A stretch of DNA of 64,000 nucleotides from Tubiluchus corallicola (lineage: Eukaryota; Animalia; Priapulida), in assembly GCA_030141605.1 (NCBI GenBank), contig JAQGDQ010000173.1, positions 366,974 to 430,973 of the forward strand. The letters run 5' to 3'. Shown piece by piece: positions 1 through 52,508 of the stretch. Each line of letters starts with the position of its first letter. Within the stretch, counting starts at the first letter, position 1. Made by a program: the position numbers and the translations under genes. The notes under the pieces were generated by a model. It was not told the origin of the DNA, did no database searches, and saw nothing but the letters and a program-made list of their open reading frames with translations.

Positions 1-301
1 AGGCTGACTTGTCGTCCCAGTTACAAGGGCTGCACGTTGTTTTAGTAGGAGTTTTCTACGGTGTACTGGTTGCTCTTGTATTGTGTTCCTAGATGGCTTC
101 ACTAGGTGCAATGGGGTGGCAGCAAAATCTCTGGTTAGTGACCAAAGTTAACAGCATCACGTCTGGCTAATTAATGGATACATGACCACCAGGAAAATTG
201 CTTCTAAGCATTTTTATCTCCCATACTGCCATGCAGAAAAGGTTTAATAAAGAGCAGTGATCATAAATTGTTGCTTTTAAGAAAAATGCTCTCCCCAAAC
301 G

Positions 302-420
302 GTAGGGGTGAGCATACTCCTTCAAAAATCGAATTCAAATCGAATCGAATTTCAAGATTTCGAATTCGAATCGATTTCGAATTTATTACTAACCATTTTC
401 GAATCAAATTTCGAATAATG
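302..420. mobile_element. Orphan DNA-transposon terminus (hAT-like) with CGAAT/TTCGAA subterminal repeats
   Basis: TAGGGGTGAGC followed by clustered cgaat/ttcgaa motifs; partner end not found. Confidence 0.3.
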
Positions 421-3400
421 TGTGCAAAAATCTAAATTTATTTGTGGTGTGTTGGTAAACAATTGTAAAAAATAAAGAAATGTAAATTTCACAAAATATG
501 ATTTGCAGTTTTGTATACCAGTGTAACTTTATATTATATCAGTTTATGTATTATAGACGACACTATAGAAAAGCAGTTTGTGAAATAACAGTAAGCCTGT
601 ACAAGCCAGTCAATGAAAATATTTATGATGTGAACATATAAATATACATAGCTGTTACTCAAAAGCCATCCCCTTGCGGATACGCCATCATTGAAGATGA
701 AACGTTCCTAGCGGCATAATCATGTAATTGACTGCTTTTATGTCAAATAAGAGGCCAAGCTATTTTTTGTAAATAAAATAATTTGAATGATTAAACGCAC
801 GGCTTATGGTGATTCTGCCTTTTACTACGTTGGGTTAACAGTGGCGCTTATAATTTGCAAAGTTACTACCATAGAAACAAATTATCTGCTTTAAATTTTA
901 ATTCTTTTCTCTATTGGAAAACAGTTTACAAGTGTACACAAAGGTACTACTTAGTTGTGCAGCTGTTGTGTTTCGTTTCTCTCGGAAGGCTCCTAGAGAA
1001 AACCAGAAAACACTTCAAATATTGACGCAGTCGACAGGATCCTTGGTAACTCAGTGGACTGTTGTTTATTCAAGCAACGATGGCAGAGCAGATGGACGAA
1101 CTTATCAAGCTCCTCCGCCAACAGATGGTTCAGCAGCAAAACAAACAATTTAACATTGTCGATTACAATTCAGTTCAGTACTGACCTAAAAAATAACAGA
1201 TTTAAAATGTCTTCTGTTTAAAAAATGATGGAGATTTTGACTTTTGCAGTAGCACAAGCATCTCGTACATAGATCTGACAGGTAGTGACTAATAAAAAAG
1301 CTAGACGATAAATTATGAAAAAGCAAAACAATACCTTTTGTGGCTCAGGTGTTTATTAATGCTAGTTGGACTGCGGGAGTACTCCAAACCTATGAACCGT
1401 TTTCGTTTTACAATTATGCCACGGCTTTGCTTGAAGTGTAAAGGCGTGGAGTTTTGTCCAAATTTATTCATTAATCCCATTACAATGCAAGCAGTAACTG
1501 GCTCAAGCATGGGTTACCGGCAAAGAATTTTTCGTGATGTCGCGGGGTAGTCCAAAAACTATTTTTAAAAGATGCTCTTTTCATGAAAAGTATGTAAATA
1601 GGTCTTGTTTCCACAGTGTGAAAGTTATAACTGTATATTTTAGGTGCTGCCATCTATTGATTTGTCACTTTAACATTTTACTAGTTCAATTCACCCCTTA
1701 TTACAATTGTTCGGTCCAGTGAATATTCAAACTCACTGGATCTCCCCTATTTTCACTGTAATGGGATATGTGAAGCCAAGTTTTTGCATAGTTCTCTACC
1801 TATATAAACTGGCTAGATTTCACTGCTAGGGACTGTCTGTCTCAGGCAGTGCAGTCGTGCAACTCATGGGACACACTGTCTCTCTGTCACTCAGTGCTGT
1901 GCAGAGTTGTGATCTTCATTTTACTTGTGCATTTTACTGTGTGTTTAGTGCAATAAAAGTGTTTCAGTTTTGTGCAAATATGTAATATGGTGTTTAGTTG
2001 TTTTCTACAAGTGTTCAATTTCAACTTCACAAATAACGTTCACACACAGTTTCTCGTTACACATTTTGTTCTGGAAAATGAAACTGCGTTTTCCCGCTTT
2101 AAATGCGGTATACCAGTGTTTGATTTTCCGGGAAAATAAAAATTCGCGTTGTTCTGTACAGTGTACACCGTCAGATAGCGTGTCGCTATTCATTTTACGT
2201 CGGTTGTCCTTAGATACCTATTGCATTGCAATACTGGTCGCTGAGAAACAGGCGCAACACACTACATGAATGAATTAATGAAACAATCACTCATTGTTCA
2301 ATAATTTGTTGAATAGTATATTAAAATTAATAAATGAAAACGATAATGATGTTTAATAGTACAACATGCGATTATATTCTTCGTGGGGTCGCGATATGAT
2401 GCAGGGACATGGAAAGGGGTTACCGTCAACAAAAGTTTGTGAACCACTTTGCTAAAGCGAAACGGAGATACGTATAGAAAGCAGTAATTGAAAGTCCTTG
2501 CGTTGCTGGTACCTTTTTTTCTGCACAGGTGCCTTGGGTTACAGAAATTGGAGAAAAAGAGCAGGAGACCAAAGTTCTAAATCTGTTTTATATAGACAGC
2601 TGCGTAGTTGCTACTCTTTAATGCTGCTTTTTAATTCTTGCCCTGTCACGGGAATGTCCTGCTTATTGGACAATGAATACTACTTAAAATGAAATTTTAT
2701 TAAAATAGTAACAAGAAAGAACGTCGCGTGCTTGGTAAGAGTGCATCAAAATGTCGCTTTTGTTAAAATTGTAGTTGCCTTTATTTGCAATGGGTAATGG
2801 GTAATCACTAGATAGAGTGTAGTTGTGTGTTAGCGTTTTTAATTACAGTAAAATAATGTTAATACAAATGATTGCACAAATTTTACTATGAGGTACACCG
2901 AAATTCAAATAATTTTGCTTTGTCATATTTTAAGTTTGAAATCTAATATTGCTAGTGCAGTTCGAAGTAAGGGTCGATTATTCAATCGTGGCTAAAACTC
3001 TTCCAAATTCACAGTAGGATGATTATCTTATTCATTGCTCAGTAGAAACTGTTTTTATTCTAAACTATTGAGACGTTTCTGTCTTGCTGTACTGTTATAC
3101 CCTCATGATTAGGGATTAACCCTTTCAGTCCCAAATTATTTTTTAATAAGAAAAATTTTTTTGGCTTGGTACTTTTGTTCAATATGTCCGTCTTGTTTAC
3201 ACATAATAATAATTTTTTTCTACCTGTGCCACAACATTCTTTGTCATGTGCAAAAAAACAAAGTCCGACTTTTTTAAAAACACAACAAAAGCAAAAAATG
3301 TGCTTCATTTTGCAACTGGTGATATTTTTTAAAGTATTTAAGACATTTAGTATACATGCTATGCTAATCTGTACAAAGTCGTCTCTAAAGTACTGTACCT

Positions 3401-3754
3401 TGCGCAGTTTTTATGCTATGTAGATTTTCTAATTAGCCATTTTATCACCATTTTTAGACTATTGTTATTAGCTGAAATCAAAATAACTATTAACAGATCA
3501 AATTGACAGTCTTAAAATTTTGTTAATTTTAAAGGCAGAAAATATTCTTGTATCACACGGGATACAATGGGTATGAAACGGTTAATCGAGTACATTCACA
3601 GAAACCCCACATTTTTCACAAAATAATTGTCGATTTTACTATTATATTTGGTGTGGCAGTCTCCATTACAAGCAGATTATTCCATTCATTTACCACTCTC
3701 ACTGTAAATGAATATTTACGAATGGCAAGGCGCTCTTTAAACAGTTTTAAACTA

Positions 3755-5471
3755 TAGTAGTAGTAGTAGTAGTAGTAAATCTCCAGTAGTTATAATATAA
3801 CTTTTGAGACAAATAGTTCTTCGACTGTAATTGCGACAAACTGGCACATACAATAGATTGTCATCAACACCTAGGTGACTCCACTGGCAAGTTTTCTCAC
3901 TATAATATGTAATCCAGCATCCTTGTTATAGGCATGTTCCAATTAGCACGGTGATTAAATTTCAAAGGATGATGTTCATAGTGTCTATCTAATTTTGATT
4001 TAAATAAATTTACAAATGTTGCTGTTCTCACATCACAGGGCAATCTATTCCAGATTTCTGGCATCGTACAAGAAAAATAGTCGTATTTACCAGTTTTGTG
4101 TGCAGTTCTTGATTTATGAAGAATAGGACCTGATCTTGCTGTACGATGTACTTCTAATTTAACAGGACAATCATCACAGCTGTAAACTCCAGATACATAT
4201 TTGTATACATCGATTAGTTGGCCACGTAAACGTCTAAAAGCTAATGTAGTTAAACCTATTCGTTTTAACTGACTTTCATACGTCAAGTTCATTAGTTCCG
4301 GTAACATGTTGAAAGCTCTCATTTGGACAGTTTCGACTGGGTCCACTATATATGCCCTAGGACTATTCCAAATACTACTTCCATACTCCACTTTTGATCG
4401 CACAAGTGCCACATATAGAAGCTTGAAAGTTTGCAGATCTAGGTACTTGAAATTCCTCCTTATTAAAGCATTGCTTCGTTTGGCACTCTTTATGATTTCT
4501 GCTATGTGATCTTTAAAATTTAGTTTATTATCAAGTAATAATCCAAGGTCTTTCTCACAAGCACTAAAGTCCAATTCTGCCGGAATGCCACTTGCATCAT
4601 ACATTTTGTATTTATACTCATATCCTGCTCCCACAGATACAACCTTACACTTGTTGGGATGGAACTGCATACCATTTTCAACTGCCCAATCACAGAGCCC
4701 TTCTAGATCCAATTGAAGATCATTACAGCTGGTAAAAGAATCAGATTCAGACCAGATTTTGCTGTCGTCGGCAAAAAGACGAAGAGAATTACTCACACAA
4801 CTAGGCAAGTCATTTATAAATACCACAAATAAACACGGACCTAATACCGAACCTTGCGGTACACCACTAGTAATCAAGGACTCAGTCGATTTGTAACCAT
4901 CAACACACGTACATTGACTTCTATTTTCTAAGAAGTTTACTATCCACTGTAAAACTGAACCAGTTATACCACAATTTTTAAGTTTTGCAAACAGAAAGTG
5001 ATGAGGTACAACATCAAATGCCTTTTTCAGGTCCAGTAGTATTATATCAAAAGGCTTATTAGCATCTTTTAACTCAAACCATGCATCGTAACATTGTAAC
5101 AGTTGGGTAACCGTTGTTCTACCCTTAACAAACCCATGTTGTTCTTCACAAATAATGTTGTATCTTATCAGATGGTTCATTATATGTTTCCGCATGATTT
5201 TTTCTGTCACCTTATTAATTGTATTTAGTAAGCTAACTGGCCTGTAGTTCGATGGATCTGACTTGTCCCCTTTTTTATGAATGGGAGTAACCTGTGCCAC
5301 CTTCCATTGTCCAGGTAACTGACAATCAGCAAAAGACCTATCCAGTAAGGTGTATATAGGCTTAAAAAGCACAGTTCTACATTCATTTAAAATACGTGGA
5401 TGGTAACTATCTGGAGCGGATTTGTTTACATTGAGATTTTGTATCTCTATGTCCTCTAGTTTTAGAACCAA
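3755..5471 (-). mobile_element. 5'-truncated CR1-clade LINE (RT, C-terminus, 3' UTR, (TAC)n tail)
   Basis: 523-aa ORF 3900-5471 with NYRPVSL, DLKKAFDVVPH, GVPQGSVLGP, FADD and CR1-type EKDLG..LVRSKVEY..RRLRGQLI; trinucleotide tail 3755-3778. Confidence 0.9.
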
Positions 5472-5797
5472 GAATTAATTAAAGAATTTTTCAGGTAAAA
5501 TGTTTCTTTTCTAGTTTTTATAAACCTCAACACAATTCCACGGTGTTTTTTAATTCAAGGTTGGTCAAGCTGCAATACCTCAACCTTTCCATATTATGTT
5601 AGATTTTTACAACCGAATTATTTTTGTAACACGCCTTCGTACATCTTCCGTAAGTAATATTTCTTTCTGATAACGGGGATTCCAAAGTTTCACACAGCCA
5701 CTCACTATTCTAGATGAGGTATAACAAAAGCAGTATAATTTCGATTATTTATTTCTTTTTTATTTCTCGAAACTATGTGCCGCTTTATATTATTATC

Positions 5798-6040
5798 ACA
5801 GTGCGCGGTAAATTTGATACGAGAAAGTTTGGTACAGGAAGTTTGATACGGCAATTTTGGTACGAAGAAATTTTGGTATCAGGAAAATTTGGTACTAGGA
5901 ATTTTTAGTACTCGATAGTTTTCGTACGGGTAAATTGGGTACCATCATCTTTAGGTACAAGGAAGTTTTAGTACTAGGAAAATACAGTACGAAGAAAATT
6001 TTATACTGATAAAGTTTGGTACTGGAAAATTTGTTACTAA
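5798..6040. repeat. Degenerate ~15-bp AAATTTGGTAC array, probably transposon subterminal repeats
   Basis: More than ten variants of aa(a/g)tttggtac in tandem. Confidence 0.55.
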
Positions 6041-6079
6041 GCGAAAAAAGAGAGCATCTCTATATCTCGATGTTGATCA

Positions 6080-6395
6080 CCGTAGCCGCCAGGCCAGCTA
6101 GCAGAGGCGCAAGAAAAGCATCGTATTCGACGGCCATTTTGTCTGTTGTGAAGGACGCGCGTACGCCGCATAGCACAAAGCTGTATTGATAATGCTCGTC
6201 TGCTTTGACACTAAGACTTGTTTTTTGCATGCTGCATACATTTAAAATAATGAGCTTTTGATTACTGCATATTTAATGCAAAGACGATGTATGTTGCAAA
6301 TTAGGTGGTGCTTATTTCTTTTGTTTGTAACGCTTTTCCCATAACTTGACATAAGTGTATGTCCAACTCCAAGCGCGTGAATGAGATAAATTCAG
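6080..6395 (+). promoter_or_regulatory. Possible promoter / non-coding first exon of the REJ gene
   Basis: Locally CpG-rich, YY1-like CGGCCATTTTG near 6130, consensus donor CAG|GTAAGC after 6395. Confidence 0.35.
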
Positions 6396-7832
6396 GTAAG
6401 CCTTTTCCCTCTTTGTTAAATTATTAAACTCTTAGACTACTGCAAAAACATGGTATCGAGTAGACCTGACGATTAATTAATCACACTAATAGTTCTTTTA
6501 AAAGGCCTTGTCCAATCACGCCATTTGACTAATTCCATTAATAAAGTTTCACGGCAAACCTTTTAATTTAAAATGTGTCACTTACTACTGTCAACTGGGG
6601 TGACTTTGATTAATCAGAGTTTCGCCTAATAATGCGTGACACCTTGTTGGGTATAACACTTTGAGAGTTAGCCAGTAGACCACCAGTAGATGTAAAGAAG
6701 ATGCCACACTGATAATTACTTTTTAAAAAAAACTTGAACTGGGCCATCAATGTCACCACGAGGTTTAGGGCTACTTTGTTCAAGTGTCAAAAGTATCCTT
6801 ACTACTGGATCTTTTTTTAGAAAAATTAATCAACAATAGCCAAACTATTGCTATATTAGTTATATTATTACTCTTCTGTTTCAAAAAATACTTCGTTTAA
6901 TTTTTACAATTTTTCCACTGAGCTACCATTGACTCTACATCTGAGAAGTAATACTGTTTAGAGCAATTAAATTTACCGAGTTGGATATCTATTTTCATTT
7001 ACCTTGCAACTAAAATTGTCTTACTATATTGGAAACTTCTGCTTAGTTTCAATTCATGTCTGCTAAATTTGTGCACAAAACCTGCGAAAATCTAGATACA
7101 AGGTATAAAAATCTACATAAAAAATCTTGAAGTAAGTTGCCAGTGATGACAGAGCCACCCAGTTGACAGTAAATAGTGTCGGTTTAGATTTTGATGCCAT
7201 GGCTGGGTACTTTAGCACACCAACATTTAGAAAATAAGGATTTGTTTGTTTTTCCATTTCACCATTACTACAATAATAAAAGCTAAACAAAATAAAATTT
7301 TTTTTTCTGTAATGCAAATGTGCAAACTACAGGCAACAAGATGGGCGACCTGTAATTTACTGAAGTTTACTTGAAAGTTGTATTTCCATACCATAGCTAA
7401 AATGTTTGGCTAATAGAGTTTTCAATTTTTATCTATTTGCAATCTTAACTTTCTATTAAAGTTTGAAGTGATTTTAAGTTTGTGACATACTGCATGTCAA
7501 ATGTCTTATGTACTATGCAAGTGACAAATGTCTATCATGTGGCAGTAAAAACTATGACTTTAACTGGGAGTGGTTTAAATACATAATTTATGAGACGTCT
7601 TCTATTCATATTCTTAGATTGGATACCACTTTAATAACATGTAGTTTGCATGTTTTTAGTAATTGTTTATGTATTTCACTTTCCAGCTATATATACCTTG
7701 TTAACATGGGGTGTTACACGCATCAGAACTTGATATGACACCTCTGCCCATTCACTCTCCCATCTCGAAGGATTACCCTAGATAACAAGCTCCTGCTTCT
7801 TCCTCTATCCATGTTAAGTAGACTGTAGACTG

Positions 7833-7945
7833 TGTCATTGTGGCGGGGTTTTGGTTTGAAGCACTTGTGGTGTCATTGTGGCGGGGTTTTGGTTTGAAGC
7901 ACTTGTGGTGTCATTGTGGCGGGGTTTTGGTTTGAAGCACTTGTT
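7833..7945. repeat. 38-bp tandem repeat x3
   Basis: tgtcattgtggcggggttttggtttgaagcacttgtgg repeated. Confidence 0.9.
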
Positions 7946-8075
7946 GAATTGTAAGAAAAATGCCAAAAGTTCATTAACTGCATTATGACTCCATTATGAC
8001 GCTTGCTAGAATGTTGGTAAACCAATGCAGTTTATTTTCCAACAATTATTACCCATCGTGGGTAATGAGTAGGGC

Positions 8076-8529
8076 CTGTAGCGGATAGCCCTATAGGCTG
8101 AATAGGCTGAAGCCTAAGGCCTGGGATCAAAAGGGGCCCGGCAAAATAAAACGAAAAAAATTTTTTTTGTAAAAAAAAATAAATTGACAAAGGAGCAAGG
8201 GGCCCGCCAAAATAAAATATAGAAAAAAGTTTTTTTTTCAAAAGTCAGTCACTATATTTCAAATCGGGTTTACACAAATCAAGTTTACACAATTCACGTT
8301 TACACAATTTAAGTTTAAGTTCAAAATTTCAGTTTCCGAATTTTTCTGGGGCCAAAGTCAGTTATAATTTCTGAAAAGTCCATTTTTTTCAACATATCTG
8401 ACTCAATATGCATCAGTGATAAATTGTTTAATTTGTCATCCTTTACAAACGACGAGAGCTCCACAAAAACACGTCAGCTCAGCAGTGTAGCAACATTTAA
8501 AAGGCCCATAAAATCATAATCCGCCGCTG
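8076..8529. mobile_element. hAT-like MITE
   Basis: Imperfect TIR ctgtagcggat...atccgccgctg; 8-bp TSD-like flanks AGTAGGGC / TGTAGGGC. Confidence 0.55.
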
Positions 8530-8531
8530 TG

Positions 8532-9519
8532 TAGGGCCACATTAACGAATAAGCTAACTAGGCTATAGTCTAGGGTGTCAGAGTTTAAAGGCATCTTGTT
8601 TTAGAATAAATTCCTATTGTCGTTGGAAAGTGTATACTTTCACAGGCATGCAAAGGGCACATTTTATAACACAACACTGGCAGTTACTGAATGCAGCTTC
8701 TACATAAGTGCCACATAATGAACAGGTGCAAGGTATAACACAACAAGCACTTGTGTACCCTGGTTTAATATAAGTGCTATGCAAATACATGTAACTAATA
8801 ATGACCACGTAGAAAGTAGGTTAATAGTGTTTCTAGTACACCACAAGTAATTGTTAATCTGCTCATTACATAAGTAACCATAAATTCACAGTAGAAATGG
8901 GAGAGAGAGAACTATCAGCCTAGGACATCGTAAAGTGTTGACATGCCCCTGGTATTGAGTTGAAGAAAAACAAGAGATGCTGTAAAATTGTGAACCAGTT
9001 GGAATTTGAACTCCCATGCTCTGCCAGCTAAGCTACCGATTAAACAGGTTTTCCCTTTGTAGCATAGCACACATTCGAGCAGTGGCACCTGTACCCATGT
9101 CATAAGTAGACAGGGGCATATTAAGGCTTTGTGATGCCTTAGGCTGATAGTTCTGTCCTGCAAATCTCTATTGAGAATTTATGGCTGTTTATGTAGTGAG
9201 CAGATTAAACAATTACTTGTGGTGTATTAGGAACACTATCAACCTACTTTCTATGTGGTTTATAAGTTACATATATAAATACGTATATTTGCATAGCACT
9301 TATATTTAAGCAGACCTTGCACATGTTCGTTATGTAGCACTTATATAGCAGCTGCTCTGAGTAACTGCCTGTGGTGTGTTATGAAATGTGCCTTTTACAT
9401 GAATATGAAAGCATACGTGTTTTCCGAGGATAATAAGAATTTTTTCTAAAATGTGAGGCTTCTCAAACTTTGACACCCTAGGTTATAGCCTACCTAGCCT
9501 ATTGGTCAATACGCCCATG
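8532..9519. mobile_element. Foldback element with ~400-bp diverged inverted arms
   Basis: 8532-8950 is the reverse complement of 9110-9519 (e.g. ctagggtgtca/tgacaccctag, caccacaagtaattgtt/aacaattacttgtggtg, aactatcagccta/taggctgatagtt). Confidence 0.8.
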
Positions 9520-9587
9520 GTTGTGAAGAATTTTTTGGAATTGCAGATTTTTTTTCACTCAAGTTGCGATTGATGATGATTGTGAAA

Positions 9588-9851
9588 AGGTCAAAGGTTA
9601 AGTGAACCAGAGAATGCATTTGTGTACACTTATCAATGCCCCGCAGCCCACACTGTTGCAATGGTAACAGTTTTAACATATGTTAACAGCTATCTAAAAC
9701 CTTACTCGAACATTCCCAGCAAGATCCTGCTACTAAATCACTTTACACACAGACCAATGCAGTAATTAAGTAAAGATCATGTAAGACAACAGACGGCTTT
9801 GCTTTACCCATGTGTCACATGCATTTCTGCGGTTCACTTAACTTTTGACCT
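9588..9851. mobile_element. Short MITE with ~30-bp TIRs
   Basis: aggtcaaaggttaagtgaacc ... ggttcacttaacttttgacct. Confidence 0.65.
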
Positions 9852-10002
9852 ACAACAACTGCGTGTGCGCACAATGAAATTATGAAAAGCCTTATTAATC
9901 CATCACACTTTCAGTAAGTCTGATTAAAAGTTGAGTAAAAATGATTCTCAATTAAGGAGAACTTCTAAACAATCTCTTATTGCAGGCTGATTGCAAAAAG
10001 CA

Positions 10003-49561
<39,559 letters not shown>

Positions 49562-49817
49562 GTTCGTTTCTAATCTCTCTTTCACTAGTGAAAAGATTAA
49601 AAAGATTGTTTACAGAGACGTTATTTTTATGGTGCCGCTTAGTTATGTAAACTTTGTCCATTGTAATGTATTTTGAAACTCTTACAATGAAAAGTCTTGA
49701 GTTTAATTGCATCGCTGTCTATATAAATAGTCTGTACGATCTTGCTTAACATTCAAATTAACTGACATGTATGCTACTAAGCAATAATACTTATTTCATT
49801 TTATTTCGTAATCTTCA

Positions 49818-50792
49818 GTGCACAATACACAAGTGACAAAGCAATTGAAAAGTGAAATAAAATAATAAAGGACTACTACAAAAACAGTGCAAATTAAAAC
49901 AAAGTGATGATAATAATATGAGTAGAAGATTATGGTAAAAACACAAAGAACTAAAATAGCACAATGTACGAGTGACAAGGCAGTTGAAAAGTGAAATAAA
50001 ATAATAAAGGACTACTACAAAAACAGTGCAAATTAAAACAAAGTGATGATAATAATATGAGTAGAAGATTATGGTAAAAACACAAAGAACTAAAATAGCA
50101 CAATGTACGAGTGACAAGGCAGTTGAAAAGTGAAATAAAATAATAAAGGACTACTACAAAAACAGTGCAAATTAAAACAAAGTGATGATAATAATATGAG
50201 TAGAAGATTATGGTAAAAACACAAAGAACTAAAATAGCACAATGTACGAGTGACAAGGCAGTTGAAAAGTGAAATAAAATAATAAAGGACTACTACAAAA
50301 ACAGTGCAAATTAAAACAAAGTGATGATAATAATATAAGTAGAAGATTATGATAAAAACACAAAGAACTAAAATAGCACAATGTACGAGTGACAAGGCAG
50401 TTGAAAAGTGAAATAAAATAATAAAGGACTACTACAAAAACAGTGCAAATTAAAACAAAGTGATGATAATAATATAAGTAGAAGATTATGATAAAAACAC
50501 AAAGAACTAAAATAGCACAATGTACGAGTGACAAGGCAGTTGAAAAGTGAAATAAAATAATAAAGGAATACTACAAAAACAGTGCAAATTAAAACAAAGT
50601 GATGATAATAATATGAGTAGAAAATTACAGTAAAAACACGAACAACTAAAATAGCACAATACACGAGTGACAAGGCAGTTGAAAAGAGAAATAAAATAAT
50701 AAAGGAATACTACAAAAACAGTGCAAATTAAAACAAAGTGATGATAATAATATAAGTAGAAAATTCAGTAAGAAACACAAAGAACTAAAATA
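49818..50792. repeat. 139-bp satellite (~7 copies)
   Basis: gtgacaaggcagttgaaaagtgaaataaaataataaaggactac.. period 139. Confidence 0.95.
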
Positions 50793-51856
50793 CCTGCTTA
50801 GAAGTGTCTGTTAGAAAGTAAAAATTTGCTAAAATCAACATGACATAGCCGTTTTTACAGATTTTTCTGTTGCCAGCATTTACAGTTGGAGCATCATTCA
50901 CATGTGGTGTAAGTTTATTCCATAAACTTACAACTCTGTTGCTGAAGAAATGTTTGAAGCAATTAAGTGAATTTTTTTCACTTGTAATTTCAAATGGTGG
51001 CCCCTTGTAAAACTTGCAAGTTGTGCAAAGTTAAAAAATATTCACTTGAGATTGATATGTCACCATGAATTATGCTATAGCAAATTCTCTAGTTCATTTG
51101 TACATTCAAAGTAACTTCTAATTCAAAGTACGTTTGCTAATTAAAATAGGCAACATATATAAAAATATTTAAAAAGATAGAATACAACCATAAAACATAA
51201 ACATTAATATTTGGTCTGCTGATGATTATGAGTCGCCTTGGACATCCATAGACGCAGAACAGCTGCTCGTTATTTCCTCTGGGCCTCTTCTCTGCGGAAT
51301 TATTAGCCAGAATATTGTTACGTTGAATTCCTTACGCGCTTCTGGAAGAACGTGGTTCCCAGCACCAGCCTGTTGCTAAGAAATTAGCGCTTTTTTTCTG
51401 GACCGTCTTCCGTTTCACATGTTTTTACCATATGGCTACCGTCTTTGGGTCCACTTGTACAAAACGTTTCGTTCCATCTGTTATGTTTCAGTAAAATTTG
51501 CATAGCAACACATACTCGTTAAACTATTTTAGATTAACTTATGTAGACTTATTTGTGTGTCTTAAATTACAATACCTGGTGCAATAAGTCATATATTAAT
51601 ATATAAAAAGTATGAGTTTAGTTTAAACTTGATTTATTTATATTGGATTTACAAAACAGACTGGGTCTGATTCAGATATCTCCACAGTACAAGTGCTGAG
51701 TGAAAAGTGTTAATAGAAGATTAAAGGACACCACAATTAATAATTATCACACTTTATTTAATAAAACAATTGATTCAATTACAATTACAATCAGTTACAA
51801 TTACAATTACAATTACAGTTACATCAATTCACTGTATGCTGCTAAAATTAAATCTC

Positions 51857-51952
51857 GGACCGGCGAATAGCTCAGACGGTAGAGCATGCCACCTGAATTC
51901 GCAAGGTTCTGGGTTCGGGCCCTTGTTGACTCACAATGTTCATCGTCTTTTT
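51857..51952 (+). mobile_element. tRNA-derived SINE head / tRNA pseudogene
   Basis: A box TAGCTCAGACGG, D-arm GCTC/GAGC, B box GGTTCGGGCCC, unpaired acceptor stem, T5 at 51948-51952. Confidence 0.6.
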
Positions 51953-51961
51953 CCTCAGTTA

Positions 51962-52508
51962 TTTGTTGGCATCCTTGTGTCTCGGAAGACAATGGAATGT
52001 GCGCCAAGAGAGTCAGTTATTGATCACATTGATGGAGCTGCAGCGTCGACTGTGGCTGAGCTGTCCGATCCTTGAACGTCTCCAGGGTGCACGCCTGGAC
52101 AAGGTGTATGGAGATCCTGAGTTGCCCAGACAACAAGAACCCCCTCTCTTCCTCCCTGGTGTAGTCCAAAGGAAAGTGGAGCGATACGTTTGGCACCAGG
52201 TTGGCTGCAGGAACTGCCGGGGTCAGTGAGCATGCTGCACTGGTCCGCCTTCGGGGCTCCACTCCTGATTTGGAAGGTTTACGCCTCTACACATGGCCGT
52301 TGGGTCACTTGACCTCCTCCGCCCTCTAGCCGATGGCTGCTTGTGCAGCTCCTCCGCCTTGTGTCGAGATACAATGTGGGCATCCCGCAAGCCTACAGCA
52401 CCTGGTATTCCTAGGCGGTCACCCATCCAAGCACTAACCAGGCTCTACGTTGCTTAACTTCGGTGATCAGACGAGAACCGGTGTTTTCAACGTGATTTGG
52501 CCGTAGAC
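51962..52508 (-). mobile_element. 5S rRNA-headed SINE (SINE3-type) with RTE-like body and tail, 9-bp TSD
   Basis: TSD CCTCAGTTA at 51953-51961 and 52509-52517; 5S head; ~430-bp GC-rich body ending ccattgtcttccgagacacaaggatgccaacaaa. Confidence 0.82.
52389..52508 (-). rRNA. Full-length 5S rRNA-derived sequence (SINE head, probably not an rDNA gene)
   Basis: rc GTCTACGGCCAAATCACGTTGAAAACACCGGTTCTCGTCTGATCACCGAAGTTAAGC..GGATGGGTGACCGCCTAGGAATACCAGGTGCTGTAGGCTT, 120 nt, no oligo-T terminator. Confidence 0.9.

Noticed and set aside
914-1153. 79-aa ORF as an upstream gene
   Set aside because: TTG start, no recognisable domain or convincing exon structure
49796-50673. Tandem 101-aa hydrophobic ORFs
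   Set aside because: Products of the 139-bp satellite
50861-50908. Possible 48-nt phase 0-0 exon (IFLLPAFTVGASFTCG) continuing the REJ gene
   Set aside because: Splice signals are plausible but there is no recognisable polycystin similarity; cannot support without RNA data
51215-51495. Minus-strand RTE C-terminal remnant
   Set aside because: Only a faint NRW..KR-like trace across frameshifts; too degraded to call
51857-51932. Functional tRNA gene
   Set aside because: Acceptor and T stems do not pair and the anticodon arm is irregular
52389-52508. Functional 5S rDNA gene
   Set aside because: Single copy, no oligo-T terminator, fused to a retroposon-like body and bounded by a TSD
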